From contig OZ176053.1 in assembly GCA_964247055.1 (NCBI GenBank), positions 8,494,001-8,558,000 of the forward strand: 64,000 nucleotides of DNA, written 5' to 3'. This document shows, piece after piece, positions 25,500 to 39,584 of the stretch. The position numbers and the translations under genes are program-made. Positions within the stretch are counted from its first letter, which is position 1. Every line of letters begins with the position of its first letter. This DNA is from Paragordius varius (lineage: Eukaryota; Animalia; Nematomorpha). The notes beneath the pieces are model-generated. The model was given only the letters and a program-made list of their open reading frames with translations. It made no database searches and was not told the DNA's origin.

Positions 25500-25710
25500 T
25501 ATTTTTAGATAATTGTAATCCAACAACAACACCTTTAAATAATAATTAGACCTCTGCCCAAAAACGGGGCCGCATCTTTAGATAAAAATAATTTAACAAC
25601 ACATCTGCCCAACAACAGGGCGGAAATATTTTTCGATATAGTAATTCAACAATAACACCTCTAAAAAAAGCGCCTCAATATTATTAGACAATAGTCACAC
25701 AATAGAGCAT
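25500..25710. repeat. Imperfect minisatellite within the hAT-type element
   Basis: Recurrent tttagata...caacaacacctct...ctgcccaa..gggc units of about 55-60 bp. Confidence 0.5.
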
Positions 25711-26636
25711 TTTTATGATAATACGATGGGAGCCCATAAACTAAAAATGATGTAAGAAATAAAATTGCACAATCTGACATTGATTAAAACTTGGCGTATT
25801 TGAAGTTTAATATTAATACTCCTATAATTACAATATTTATGTCTAGGGATGGACTATTCATGAAAATTTATATTTAACTTTTGTGATATTTTTTTGATGT
25901 TAATACTTAAGATTGCCATTTTTTCAGGCGCAAGCCGTCTTTTTCAAAGGAATGGGTTGAATATTTCACGCGTTTCTGTTTATGACGGGCCCCATTTCGT
26001 CTCGTTCACGGTTTAAATTATATTATTTTTTTTCAAATGCAAGATGTTTATGGAGGGGGAGGGGGACGTCATCACAGATTCATGCACCGGGCCCCAGAAA
26101 TGCAAGTTACGCTCTGAAAAGTGCCATTTATTAAATAATATGTGCTATATATATTTTACACAGTCTATATTGACTATGATTTTTAATATTAGATAACTGG
26201 AAATTACAAAATTTATTTCTCCATATTTCTAAATCCGTTTTTTTGGTTATTGGCAGTTCTTATTTTTTTAATTATCTACGATTGGGTTTTGTATTTGCAG
26301 ATTTTAAGTAGCGCTGTCAATTCTCTTCTATTTGTTCGAGACTTATCTCAAAAATTTATACTTGACAAATGTAGAGATCCTATTTAATTTCATGTATTAA
26401 ATCTTCTATCAAACTTTAAAAATACTTTTATTTTAGTCACAAGGTAAAAAACATGAAGTAATTTTTTAGATCCTTTTTAGGAATACCGATCGGATAATTT
26501 GAATACCTACTATAATATAAGTATAGGCTAACAAATTTTTTAAGGGTCATAATTTTTTCACCTTAGCAAATCCCAATTTATTTTTTTATAAAAATTAAAG
26601 TATCATATGTATACATGAGCTAAATTTTAAATTTAA

Positions 26637-29600
26637 ATGTGCGAACAGAAAGATTTATGGGACCAAGATTTTGAAGAAGAAATTCCCGATGACGAACTTT
26701 TATCACAAAGCAATACTAGTTTCTCTTTTAGTAGAGATAACAAAAGGAGGCGGTAATTTATAAAATAATATAAGATTTTATTCCTATCAAGAGATGATGG
26801 ATAAAATTTTATCACTTCAAAAAGAAAATAAAACCTTATATGATTCATTGCAATATTTTAAGTTGGAATTAAGAAATTCAGAGAAAAAAGAGAATGAACG
26901 TTTTGTACATTGGCAAAAGAGTATGTTAGAAGTTAAAGAAAAATATGAAAACAAAATCAATGAATTAACAGTAATTGTATTTACATTTTAGAATGCTAAT
27001 GCACAAAATGTTAACAATAACGCGGGCATACAGACTAATGAAGATGATTATTTATTTGTGCTAAAATTAACTCCTCCATTGATTACGTTAGCCAATTTGG
27101 AAAATATTAAGTTTTATGATTTATATTATGGACTAGATTTTTTCCCAATGATATAATTAATGAAAGTCAGGCCTATTTTAAGCAACTCACGTTAACGAAA
27201 CAATCAATTTTGAATAATTTTCAACAAATAAATTATCATCTCATTCGTCTTATTGATTGTCATTTAATATATTTTATAAATTTCATTTACATGGACCTTT
27301 ATGTAGCCAAACAACCACATGAGCAATCTTCATTTATAGATTGGTGGTATAATAACGCTTCTCTTCCATTAGGTATAGCTGTAAATATTTTTGCCAAAAA
27401 TGCTTATTTTATCTTTTGCCAAATGAATATATTATCTAGATTTTTAATAAATATGATTAAAAACACTCTTTATACTATTTTTAAATTTAAATTATGATAA
27501 TATGAGGAAAATCCCAAATGTCTAGCTTCATGCATATCAATGTGCGCCTTTATTATCTGTTTATGTATGGATTAGACGAACCGTTGGAAGATATTGAAAA
27601 ACTTGGGGCTATCATTAAAGAAACTGATTTCTTGAATCGTTACATGAAAATTTTAAACGCATTTCATGAAATACTAACCATATTAGCCACTCACGAAAGA
27701 GATAAATTAAAACAATTCTCTATCCCTATTATTTATCCTTCCATTTTTAACATTCAACCATCAACTCTAGAGAATAGTGACAACGACGTACAGATTGATG
27801 TTAACAAAGAATTAAATTACATACGGTTCGTACATAGAACCTTAAATTTATTAAAAGTGAATTATTTATTTCTAGCATAAGTTTTATCAACAGTAGCGTG
27901 AGATGCATATGGGAATATAATATAAAAGGTGCATAAAATTTAATTAAATTATTTTTATGATTTTCACTACTAGATGTAAGAATGCCACAGGGATTAATGG
28001 TGAAACACAAATTCCTACCAACAAAACTTTTACAAGGCTAGTACTTATACTGTATATTTGTTCCGAAGTGAAAGTAATATCGTTTCATACGCTCTAAGAA
28101 TTTTTTAAAATACTTTTATTTCTAAAATATTTTTTATAAATTGGAAGTTTTAATGTATTAAATAGACACATTTTTAATTTTAAAATATCATTTAGGAAAA
28201 AAGTTTGTCCATACATCACTTTCTCTTCCCATTAACCCTAAACATCCTCAATTTATTTTGGTACTCTGACGAAAGACCATGTGAGCTTAAAGTTTCTATC
28301 AAACATTTATCAACCATATTTCTGTATGGCGTTGAAAAAAATCCGATATATTATCCACAAATAATGGAATTTTTATGCAATCTCGTCGATTACAAATACC
28401 CATTTATAGGGGCACAATGTAAGAAATTCAATAAGGATAACACGCTTGCAACATTACTAGATAAATCTTGGCACAAAAGTTAGTTGTGGATAATTTGTTG
28501 TAATTATATAACTTTTATAAAAAATACTGATTACATTATGTGAATTTAAACGAAATCTGTTTGCATTATAGCTTTGTTTAATATTATGCGTGTAGGTATA
28601 TCAAAGTCTGAACTACACATTTGTTATTAGTATTTTCAGCGTTAATAAAATAGATTAGGGTTTTTATCTACTAATAAATCTAAATCAATAATCTTTAAAA
28701 AGAGATTATGCTACATGTTTTTATTGAAATTTCTATCTCATTTCTATTTTAGAACACAAGGAGACATGCTTTATGCGTCAATTTTTTGACAAAACATCAA
28801 AGGCATTCATGAGTCCTCCGACCAAGAAAGAAGAAATAATTTCTAAAGATCCCGAAAAAATGATTTATAAAATTGCTTTTGTAAGTTTTTTTTGTTTATG
28901 TATGTTCAATTTAAAGCTCATGAGAATATATTATAGGAGTTATAGTCACCAAATTTTGACAAGCCGAATAAAATGATTTTTTGTCTCAAGGGCCACAATA
29001 TAGCATTGACATGTATGTCATAGTTTTATATGCAGATACTTTAAACTAAATCAGTACATTAAATTTTTTTACGGGCTATACACATTTTTCGACAAATCTG
29101 ATCAACGTAACAATGCCAAAACGTCATATCCTTATGTGTATTAACATATTTCATTTTTAAATATACCGTTTCTATTATTTATTTATTTATTTGGCACATC
29201 TTGCCAAAACAATATGCCTTTATCTTTTGTGATTTATATAACTTCTCTGGAATTATTATGAATCGGAAAATTTTTTAACAGGATAAGCATATGTTTCGAA
29301 AAAAAGCAGGAAATAATTTTCAAAAATAAAATTTTATGATTGAGAAATTACCGGATCGAACGGAATTTCTAAATGTGACACAGGACTTCGGAATAGGCAC
29401 CCTGTTTTAAATGAACAGGGCTATTTTTTTTATATTTACGAAATACATATTATTTTTTTAAAAAAATAGTCACTCAATTTTTTGATTGCCTTGGCACGCG
29501 AAAATGTCTTACCACAATTATTTACCCGTGATTGTGTATATCAGTGCAATTTTAAAGTAAAATATTTGGATTTTTTTCATTTTGATCTAAGACAATAATT

Positions 29601-30889
29601 TTGCAATTAATATATACGTTTTAGTTTTTCTTTTGGATATCCGAAATACTTACGTATATGAATGATACTATGTTCCCATTCTATTACAATCATGTAGAAG
29701 CCAGCGTGGCCGGACCTCTATTTGGTCACAAGATTTTAGGTTACGTTATTCATACTACTCAATTATTCTTTTTATATTTTTGTTATACATTTTAATAAAA
29801 TATCTTTCAAAATTAATGTGGAAACTTAAAATAAATAAATAAATACAGAATTTATATCGCCAAATGATGAACCTCCCAAAAATGAATATGGTCCCGAAAC
29901 CAATACCCATAAATTATCACATATCTGTTTTTATGTCATTTTACATTCCTTGCAATTATTACGGTATGTGGCGAATCCTATCATTAGAGGTGGCACTGCT
30001 CTACCAAGGAATTCTCCTAATTTATCAAAGAATAAGAATAGTAAAAAGCGATCTACACCAGCTCAAGAAACCTCTGAAATGATTGATATAACGGAAAATG
30101 GAATAGATGAACATACCAAAACTACTAAACCAACTAAACATTTAACCAACGGACATGAAGATAACAAAAGCTTTGATAAAATACCCGAAGATGTAACCCT
30201 AAATGATCAACATAATATGTTACAAGACACAATGTTTAACAATTTAAGTAGCCCATTGCAACATAAGTATTGTTCACGGGCCTCTTATTGCACCTTGGTT
30301 ACGCAATTACTAAAATTGAATGACAAATATTTTCCCGATAAAGTTAATCACAAATATTACCGTGAATGTAAGTAACTTAAACACGTAATACAAACAATAT
30401 TTATATTTGGTGGTTAAAAATTTTGTTAGTTAAATATTATGGGACATATTTTTGTCAAAATTTTTGTTTGCGTTTAAGATATTTCATTTTAATTTTCTAA
30501 ATGGGTTAAACCTAGTCTATTAGCTTTGTTTTAATAATTGGTATATTTAAATTGAGAAGCTATTTTGTTTCAGAAATGATACTTTTTAATGTTTTTTAAG
30601 CCATGTGCTGTCTCATCATACACGAACTCGTATTTTGTGGTTAAGAAATAACCATGAAATTAAATAAAAAGTTAAATATCTATATATAATCTAATTGAAC
30701 CAAGGTCCCCAAAATTAAAGGTGCCACACAAAGTGTGAGGATAACATACCTATCATATATTTTGTTAAAAAATTAAGCATAAATGTTTTTTGTTTAATTT
30801 ATATTTGTGATTTGTTTTTAGTGGTGTTTGACATATTAGAACCGATAATGACGGATGACGAAGCCGATGCATTCATTGATCAGTCATAA
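26637..30889 (+). CDS. ATRIP: ATRIP-like (ATR-interacting protein) multi-exon gene
   Basis: ATG 26637: acidic N-terminus (WDQDFEEEIPDDELL), coiled coil LQKENKTLYDSLQ (cf. human KNGEIKILRDSLH), helical-repeat-like middle and C-terminus NDKYF...PIMTDDEADAFIDQS* (cf. KDKLF...VTDCEEAALDDL). Micro-introns 26753-26774, 26971-26991, 27111-27136; later exons ~27137-27372, 27507-27856, 27980-28073, 28198-28478, 28753-28880, 29626-29739, 29850-30368, 30822-30889; the ~27.4-27.5 kb and ~27.9 kb junctions are uncertain. Confidence 0.55.
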
Positions 30890-31700
30890 CAAAATATAAT
30901 TATATAAAATGTAAAACTATATTAATATTACATTTTTGAATTGTAATATAAATAAATTAAATTTCCAAAGCTATGATTTCATTATGTAATGATTGAAGTT
31001 GGTTTAATACTTTAAGCGAATTATGAAGAACATTTTTAAAAAATATTAACGTTATTAAATTTTTTTACAGCAAAAACGCACAGTCATAACCGATTTAAAC
31101 TGCAGTGATTGATTCCTGGAATCAAAAAATTGGATTAAAAGTTTAATATTTGTGTCAGAATGTAGATCTTAAAAACATTAAAATAAGACGATCCATTATT
31201 TTAAACTAAAAAAATTCAAAATTAAAGTAATCGGGTTTTTTTATTGGTGATAAATTTTAAAAATATTTTACATATAACACTCTTTTTTGCCATCATTTAG
31301 CGTAAAAAACATTTGGCTTGTTCGTTATGAAATGGGAGGAAGTTAATATTTAAATAAATTATCAAAATAATAAACTGTGTGCGTAAAATTCGCTACTTTT
31401 TGCGATGATTAAAAGGATATTAGGGAATATAACTAATTTTAACATTTTCCAAATAAAAAGGATTCTTACTTTTGGGTAAATGATTAATAGGGTGATCGAA
31501 TTATTTAAAAATTCTGAGACACAGGTCGAAAACTTTTTCGAACTGTGGACTATTCTCAAAGTGAATTTTTAACGAGGTTCGCACATTTATGAAATAGAGG
31601 TATTAAATATGCATGAATAATGTTTTTTTATTAAAAGCAGATATGTTTACTTCCATCTATGTGCATTTTCCGCAATTTTTTTATTTTTATATTCAAATTA

Positions 31701-34600
31701 CACTGTGACACAACTTTTTCTGGACTCGATTTTCTAAATATTTTCTGATTCCTTATAGTATTGTGATCAGATTTGCGTAAAAAATTTTTTTACTTACCCA
31801 GCTCGTTTTCGAGATATGGGACTTTTTCCATATTTGGACATATCCAAAATTTTCTTGTTTGTAAATATTTTTCGCTATGTAAACAAATAATATGTGGCTT
31901 ACATAAGTATTTTTACAATAAATTACCAATTTATCTTCAAAATAAAAAAATATTTCCTCAAAATATCCAATATTTTTTGTTTTAGGGGGCAAAAACCCTC
32001 AAAAATTGGGTAACTTAACATTTTTTCACACAAATATTTTTTATCAATTTATTAAAACAAAACAAACTTTATTATATGTTCTTGGATGTTAATACTGTTT
32101 GTTCAAATATAAATATCACTTTGTAATAGCTTTGTGGACTTTTATTTTTAAAAATAAATTTGATTTTTACAGCTTTTTTGTTGCTTTTTTTATGTAAAAA
32201 ATGATTTAATTTACTCAGCTGTAAATACTAATTTCATTTTATAATCTGAAATTTTTAAATTTTGACCATATATGGTGTCAGATATGTTGATTCGTTTGCT
32301 TCATTTTTAAATATTTTAAAATAATATGAAATGGACAATGATTCTTATATAAATTTGTAATTGAATTCTGAATCGGAAAAATCTTTTGCCTTTTGGATAA
32401 GAGAAGAACACACCTTGATACCATCAAATACATTATATATATATATATATATATATATATACTTAGGGATATGGATGATTCCCTCTTTGTCAAGAGTGCA
32501 ATCTAAAGAAGCTTATTACCCTGATGAAGTTTTACGATACTCAGAAATGAATTCTTTTTTAATTAAAGTGTAATCACCCATAAAATTTCAGTTGTTTAGA
32601 ACAGTACGTATGCCACAGGGAAATCAAAGGAAAGCACCCTCCTATACTAAATTATATTTTTAATAATTTTAACCATATATTCTTATAAATTTTATTTGGG
32701 TTATCGTCTCTTCGGTAATTATTGTTTTTTGTCGTTAACGTTTCATTTAATTTAAACTATTGTCGCATATCAACAACTCTAATCAAACCTTTGTTTTTTG
32801 CTGATATGTGTTTATTTTTAAACATAAATTTAAGTTAATGATATTTTACCCCAGCCTGTTGGGATCTATATTTAACTGATTGGTTTATTCTAACTAGGCA
32901 ATGTATGACATCGCCCAAGTATTTAAAATTATTTACCAATTCGATTTTGGCGTCTGCCATATAAAAGTATTTTATTGATTTCTTTCATTTCTTATAAAAA
33001 CAAAATATCGATCAGGTAGTTATATTATCATGACAAAGTACCCAATCGCAACAATTATTATATCACATCAGCTAATAGATTAGCTTTCAATATGGACGAC
33101 TGTGCAGAGAAAATTGGATATGCCTTATCTTATTAAAAACGTTTAAATAAAATATAATACCATTAATAAATAATTTCATCATAATATATTAAACTATATG
33201 CAAATCCAAATTATAATCAGTTATTAGAGTGAATATTTAGAATATATTTTGGTGTACAGATGTTAAGACACGGATAATCTAATCTAGACTTTATATAAAG
33301 TAAATTAGGTGTAGAAAAAATAAAATAATAATTTATTTATTCATATATATATAATCGCAAATTAAATTTATATTGTTTCGATAGGTTTTTTCGAAGGGTT
33401 TTCTAAAAATACCGTTTTGAGATGCGATTTTTTGATTAGGGATATCACCTCAGTGCCACTTAATTTATTAGTGTCCTTTATATCTTGATGATAAAATTCC
33501 AAATCAGTATCATCCATCATATCAAATAAATCGATATGAATGGTTGGAGATGACGGTACGGGAAGGTCAATGGAATGATAAACAGGACGAATTGCACAGG
33601 AAAAGTTTTAATATTCGATAGGTTTTTTGTTTTTTTTGGTAATGTTAATAAGAAATGGTTTTGGAACTGCACAAAAACATTCAGAATTAGATTTTGGCTC
33701 TCGCCACATAGGGATACCCCAAGGGAGTCCAGGTCCGGTTTTGTGGTACCATGCTCCCAAACTAATGCTACATGTCCGAAATACGGTGTTCGGGGCCCAA
33801 ATCTAGGTTCGCCATAATATAAAAAAATAGTTTTTTATGTAAGTGGTAATGTTTATACTATTAGTTTTTTTGTGTATTGTCCACATATATGGCAAACAAT
33901 ATTTTTATCCATCCTAAAATTATAAATATATATAAACTTGGGTAGTCATTATATTTTTTGTACATTTTAGGTATATAATAATATTTCTTGATGAAAAAAC
34001 AGATATGGAGTATATTTAAGTGTGGGAAATATTTAAAAATATCATATGAAATAAAGAATATATTATATGCAGCTGAGTAAAATTTAGCTTTTTTTACATA
34101 AAAAAACAGCAAAAAAGATGTAAAAATTAAATTTATTTTTTAAAATAAAAGTCCATAAAGCTATTACAAAGGGATATTTATACTTAAACAAACATCATTA
34201 ACATCCAAGAACATATAATAAAGTTTCTTTTGATTTAATAAATTGATAAAAAATATTTGTGTGAAAAAATGTTAAGTTACCCAATTTTTGAGGGTTTTTG
34301 CCCCCTAAAACAAAAAGTATTGATTATATTGAGTAAATTTTTTTTTATTTTGAAAATAAATTAATAATTTCTTGTAAAAATACTTATATAAGCCACATAT
34401 TATTTGTTTACATAGCGAAAAATATTTACAAACAAGAAAATTTTGGATATGTCCAAATATGGAAAAAGTCCCATATCTCGAAAACGAGCTGGGTAAGTAA
34501 AAAAATTTTTTACGCAAATCTGTTCACAATACTATAAGGAATCAGAAAATATTTAGAAAATTGAGTCCAGAAAATTGACCCCATATTTTGTTGCACAGTG
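31701..34600 (-). mobile_element. Chapaev-type (CMC) DNA transposon with ~520-bp TIRs
   Basis: TTA|CACTGTG ... CACAGTG|TTA (3-bp TSD TTA); 31701-32221 is the near-identical reverse complement of 34070-34600; transposase relic inside. Confidence 0.85.
32300..33925 (-). pseudogene. Decayed Chapaev-type transposase
   Basis: MDKNIVCHICGQYTKK...IWAPNTVFRTCSISLGAWYHKTGPGLPWGIPMWREPKSNSECFC...AIRPVYHSIDLPVP matches the FCYICG..WAPH..C..C...FGVPMVWREP...DCYFC...ARRPVPHS zinc-finger region of this family; stops, deletions and an (AT)n insertion. Confidence 0.8.
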
Positions 34601-35145
34601 TTATCATTGATTATCCTAATTAATTAGCGTCGGGGTGGCAAACCAAATAAAATCTTTTAAATATATTTAAATTTTGTAATTTTTTTAAAAAAAATTATTT
34701 AAACAGATTTTACAACTTAATTCAAAAATTGAGGTCATTTAAGATTAATTTTGCAGATGACTTACTGCTATTTTTGAGTTTACGAAATCACTCATTGTAA
34801 ATAAAAATTTGTTCACCATCGGTATTCACACAAAAATATGATAAAATTTATTAATATAAAAAATGTGTTCAATTTCTTAAGTTTAGGGCTAGTCATTCAA
34901 GAAAGTTATCACTTTTATGGTAATTAATCCATTCGGAAAATTGCAATATGGTCGGTATATAGTAGGCGAAATTAGAAAAAACATCTTGTTAAATTCAAGG
35001 TGTTTTTACCTTTGGGGCTAATAGGTCATATAAAACAGCGGTTCTGTTTTGCGGTTCTTATTCTGCATCAATATATTGCATAAGCAGATATTGTATCAAA
35101 TCATTTTTCTCGTAAAGGTTAAGCAAACAAAATTTTTTGTTAATA

Positions 35146-35462
35146 TACTACAATTTATATCCCTTGAAAAATTCAAATTAACTCTCGAACAATTCAAATA
35201 TACCCTTGAACAATTTAAATTTACCCTTGGACAATTTAAATTCACCCTAAACTAAATGGTTTTCGAGCTAATATAACACATCATTAATATAAAATATATT
35301 CTTATGGCATAGTTTATTATTTGTTCAGTATTATAATAATTTTAGACAACATTTCATTTTTTAAAAATATAAAAAAATATAGGTAATTTTAATTTTAAAT
35401 AATACATAATATTTTAGGGTGAATTCGAATTGTTCCAGAGTGATTTTGAACTGTAAATAGTA
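35146..35462. mobile_element. MITE family B, copy 2
   Basis: Four to five 21-bp units (acccttgaacaatttaaattt-like) at the left end, inverted units at the right end; body homologous to 11972-12250. Confidence 0.7.
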
Positions 35463-35495
35463 TCTATATTAAATTATTTAAAAGTAACGAATTTA

Positions 35496-37682
35496 CAGTA
35501 AAATTTGAAATTATACGGACAAAACGTAAAAAAAGACAAATATTTTTTTCCAAAAGACAATCCTTTTTCAAACCTTAATAAAGACAATCCTTTTTCAAAC
35601 CTTAATATTTCCTCTATAAGCTATTCAATAACAATGGTAAAATATTAAATAAATTTAGTAATCTTCTCAATATTTATAAAAATGGAAAATGCTGGCTTTG
35701 TGATCTGTTTCCCGAAAAACCGGTAGACCCATTCAAATCCAAACTTCGAAAAAATATAATCATTAATGAATGCCCCGACAATAGCTTCGCCCTTTTTTGA
35801 ATTAGGCCCCCAGTTCGGGCCCACCCCGTGTGAAAAACGGGTTTTTTTGAAAACAGAAGTCCACAAAAATCGTGTCTTTAAGACAATTTTCTGGAGAGTT
35901 GGACCATTCAATTTCAAATATAATTTTTGTTTACTTATTTTCGATTGAGTCGAACATAGCGGCTCGCTTTTTTAATTTAGGCCCTCTTTTTACCCGCTCC
36001 CCCCGTAAAATGCCATTTTTTCAAAAAAACAAAGTCCACAAAAATAATTTTTTGAATCTATTTTTCGCCCAAGTAAACAATATATTAATATGAATGCACT
36101 AATTTGAAATTCCTATGTCATCATAGCTATTAAATAATGTTTCGAAACGATTCTCATACGTGGATTATTGTCCCTTTTTTCAAATACCCCCCCTCCCCCC
36201 AGATGTCCGAAGGACTTCCTCAGGCTGTGTAGCACGAGATTTACGCTAGTATATATATATACACTGTGTGCAAAAAAATTTTTAACGAATTTTTTTTGAT
36301 AGCTTATGACCAGCGTATTCATTTTCCGCAAAAATTTTTATTTGTTGACAACCTAGTTTTTGAAATATTGAGAGAAAATCAAAATCGGGCAAAAAGTGAA
36401 AATTAAGGAAAAATAATGATAATTCAAAAAATAATAATAAAATTTGAAATATTATGGTTTATTATCATTTTAGGAGATATTTTCAATATATAAATAGCCT
36501 CAAATCATATAGTTTGTGTTTCTATAAAATTTGAGGTCAAAAGATGGCGTTTTTCTTTTGTCACATTTAAAAGACAAAATAAATTTAATGAATCTATATT
36601 AAAATAATTTTTTTTAATTATTTACTACCTAAATTCACTATTAAAATCTTAACATTCACATTTTATTCAGTAAAATAAACTTCTATATCAAAATAAACCA
36701 AAAATATTGTTTTTTATTTTTGCATTTTTTTGTCATCTGGTTTATGAGTGTATAAAAAATTTGTACTGTTTTATTTTGGATTCTCACATGATAAGGAATT
36801 ATTGAGTATATTTTATCCAAAAAGGATTTAAAAGTAGTGGAATATCAACCAAAAAATCCTTACAATTTCCTCTAACAAGTCTGTTTATCACAAATTAATA
36901 TTTGTATTGGGATTTGTACAGATTGTTGGTTGATATTCCACTAATTTTCAGTCCCATTTGCAAAAATTATATACTTTATAATTCCTAATCATGTAAGAAT
37001 CCAAAATAAAACAGAATAAATTTTTTATACACTCATAAACCAGATGACAAAAAAATGCAAAAATAAAAAACAACATTTTTGGTTTATTTTGATATAGTTT
37101 ATTTTACTGAATAAAATATGAATGTTAAGATTTTAATAGTGAATTTAGGTAATAAATAATTAAAAAAAATTATTTTAATATATTTCATAAAATTTATTTT
37201 GTGTTTTAAGTGTGACAAAAGAAAAACGCCATCTTTTGACCTGAAATTTTATAGAAACACAAACTATATGATTTTAGCCTATTTATATATTGAAAATATC
37301 AAATGATAATAAACTATAATATTTAAAATTTTATCATTATTTTTTGAATTATCCTTAATTATCCTTAAGTAATTTTCAATTTTTGCCCCATTTCGATTTT
37401 CTCTTAATATTTCAAAAACTAGGTTGTCAACAAATAAAAATTTTTGCGGCAAATGAAAACACTGGTCATAAGCTATCTCATGAAAAAAAATTTTTTCGCT
37501 AAATCAAAATGACCCTCTTTTTTACACACAGTGTATATATATACATTTACTTCCCACTTTGCAATAATAAATAAAGAGTTATATTCAAACAAATGAAGGT
37601 TTAAAAAATATGGTTATCTTTTGAAAATAGATATTTGCCTTAGTATTTTTACGTATTGTCCGTATGATTTCAATTGTTACTG
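35496..37682. mobile_element. Tc1/pogo-like non-autonomous element (family C termini) hosting a foldback
   Basis: TA|CAGTAAAATTTGAAATTATACGGACAAAACG ... CGTATTGTCCGTATGATTTCAATTGTTACTG|TA; ~100-bp imperfect TIRs. Confidence 0.6.
36262..37533. mobile_element. 1.27-kb foldback element (almost pure palindrome)
   Basis: CACTGTGTG ... CACACAGTG in a (TA)n target (TATA on both sides); arms 36262-36870 and 36909-37533 are reverse complements with scattered differences; ~38-bp spacer; no ORF. Confidence 0.9.
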
Positions 37683-38129
37683 TATTAAATTTTTAAATGT
37701 GAAACGGAAACAGGTGTTTGTTAAACCTAACGCAAATGCCGTTGGTCGATGACAATTTTGTTATAAGCTAGATTATGACATTAAATTAGTTATATTAAAA
37801 AAATACGATTGAAAATAAATTTTAACTTTTGTTGAAGCGTATTCATCTTATAATTAAAATTAAAGCGAGGTGGAATTATAAAAGCACTCTATAATTAGTG
37901 TTCGCATAAAATTCGATGCTGCTAAAGTTCACTATCACTTCATTTAATATAAAGTTAATTTCTTTTTCATTAAAATATATAGAGAAGTGTTTACCGTAGC
38001 CCTACGTTTGACTTAGTATAAACGATAAGTAGTGAATAAATAAAATATCCTCAAAACTGAGAAAATAGAAAAAATTCAAACATATTTAAATAAAAAATCT
38101 CTAATTGCATAATTTCGCATTCATGCATA

Positions 38130-38345
38130 TCATTAGGCAAACCTCATATCGAAACCGCCCCTTTATCAAGTTATTTTTTAATATATTGGGATACACTCCA
38201 CGAACAGAGTACTAATCCAAGAGCCATAATTAAGATACCTGAATCTGAGTTATAAAAGGAATATAGCATAAGTATAAGCGGATTTTCGATATGTTGACGA
38301 TGTTTTTATTTTAACGAGTATTTTATTTAGGATGGAGTCCTAGCC
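38130..38345 (+). pseudogene. Possible Penelope-like reverse transcriptase relic
   Basis: DFRYVDDVFIL resembles the PLE RT F/WFRYVDD(T/I)F motif; flanking frames broken. Confidence 0.3.
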
Positions 38346-39584
38346 AGCGGCAAATTAACACTTAATGTGTTTATGATAGTTTTCTATCTCAGTGTGATTT
38401 TAACTAAAAAAAGTTGGATTATCTATGAGCCACATTTATAATATGGTTTTATGACTTATTATCATAAAAAATATTAAAAAAAATGTGAAGTTAAAAATCA
38501 TCTTTTTAAACTTTAAGCCCCAAAAATTTTTTTGGAATTTTTTTATATACTTAATAAAAAGTTTAAAAAGTGATCAACAATAATCCATACCTTTATAAGT
38601 AAAATAAATAGGATTATTAGCACACTCATATATGCCCCTATATGTAAACCAAATAATTGATCCAAATCCTTTTTCGGACATTCAGTTATTTTGTAAAAAT
38701 ACATAAAAGATAGAGTAATCCAAAAAATGGATGCTTGCGCCTTTGTAAAATATTAAAAAATCCTTCATTTAAATGAATTTTTCGTTTTATGCCTTACGAA
38801 TTATTTAAAAAACATTTGTGCTTATCGCACCTTATAAATTCGCTCATTATGCTAAAAAAGTGCCTCATGCCAAAAAATTTATAAAAAGCATATATTATAT
38901 TTTATTCAAATGTGGCCTCTGAAAGTTTAAAACATCAGACCCCTCTAAAATCAGCTTGTTTTATTGAAATGAATTCAAAAATGCCGAGAGAAACGATTTT
39001 AATATATGTTATAATATGATATCAAAAAATATTATTGTGGAAAAAAATGTATAATTTGATCAAAAATTTATTTTTTGGTAATAGATTGTTGAAGCATATT
39101 TCATGGTATTTTGGGTTGGTTTATGTACGAATTCCAAACTTTTTCTATTTTTGATGTTGCATATTTCTGACTTAAAATTTTGATATCAAAAATTGTTTGA
39201 TTAAAAAGTAGATTTTTACAAACATATTATATAACTTAAATTTGAGGACGGGGATTTTAATTATAATTCTGAGTTTGTTTAGATTTAATTACACACAAAA
39301 AAAGTATCTTTAATTTTCTTGTAGGGTAAGTTACGAATCTTTTAAGAAAAATATTTAATTCGTGTTAATTGCTCAACATCAAAAAATCGTAAAATTTTAT
39401 CACATTATGCTAAATATGTTTTTAGGTCAAAGGTAACCGTTTCGGTCCATGAATATCAATAAATTTTAGTGTGGCGTACGAAAATCTCAAATTTTGGGCA
39501 TATAAAAACAGGCTAATTTATTTAAAATATTGCAAAAAGCCACAGGTTGCATGTTATAATATTAGCTAGATTAAGACATTTAAA

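Larger units (their letters stand above)
24275..26116. mobile_element. Non-autonomous hAT-type element (CAGGGGCGTAACT-type TIR)
   Basis: Left CAGGGGTGTACTA, right AAGTTACGCTCTG; subterminal TGCACCGGGC at both ends; flanks caaagtac / aaaagtgc (6/8). Confidence 0.65.

Noticed and set aside
25360-25710. CRISPR-like repeat array
   Set aside because: Repeats are directly tandem with no unique spacers, lie inside a hAT-type element, and there are no cas genes in this eukaryotic context
32519-32550. Hammerhead ribozyme core (CTGATGA...GAAA)
   Set aside because: Stem II and the GAAA spacing do not fit, and there are no flanking stems
31753-34517. ORF-track ORFs 31753-31992, 31773-31985 and 34305-34517 as duplicated genes
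   Set aside because: They are translations of the two Chapaev TIR arms
35049-35255. Heptad-repeat peptide (LEQFKYTLEQFKFTLGQFKFTL)
   Set aside because: Translation of the 21-bp subterminal units of MITE-B
36262-37533. Palindromes as whole-genome-amplification or assembly chimeras
   Set aside because: The arms carry many substitutions and indels and end in TE-like termini with TSDs; chimeras would be nearly identical
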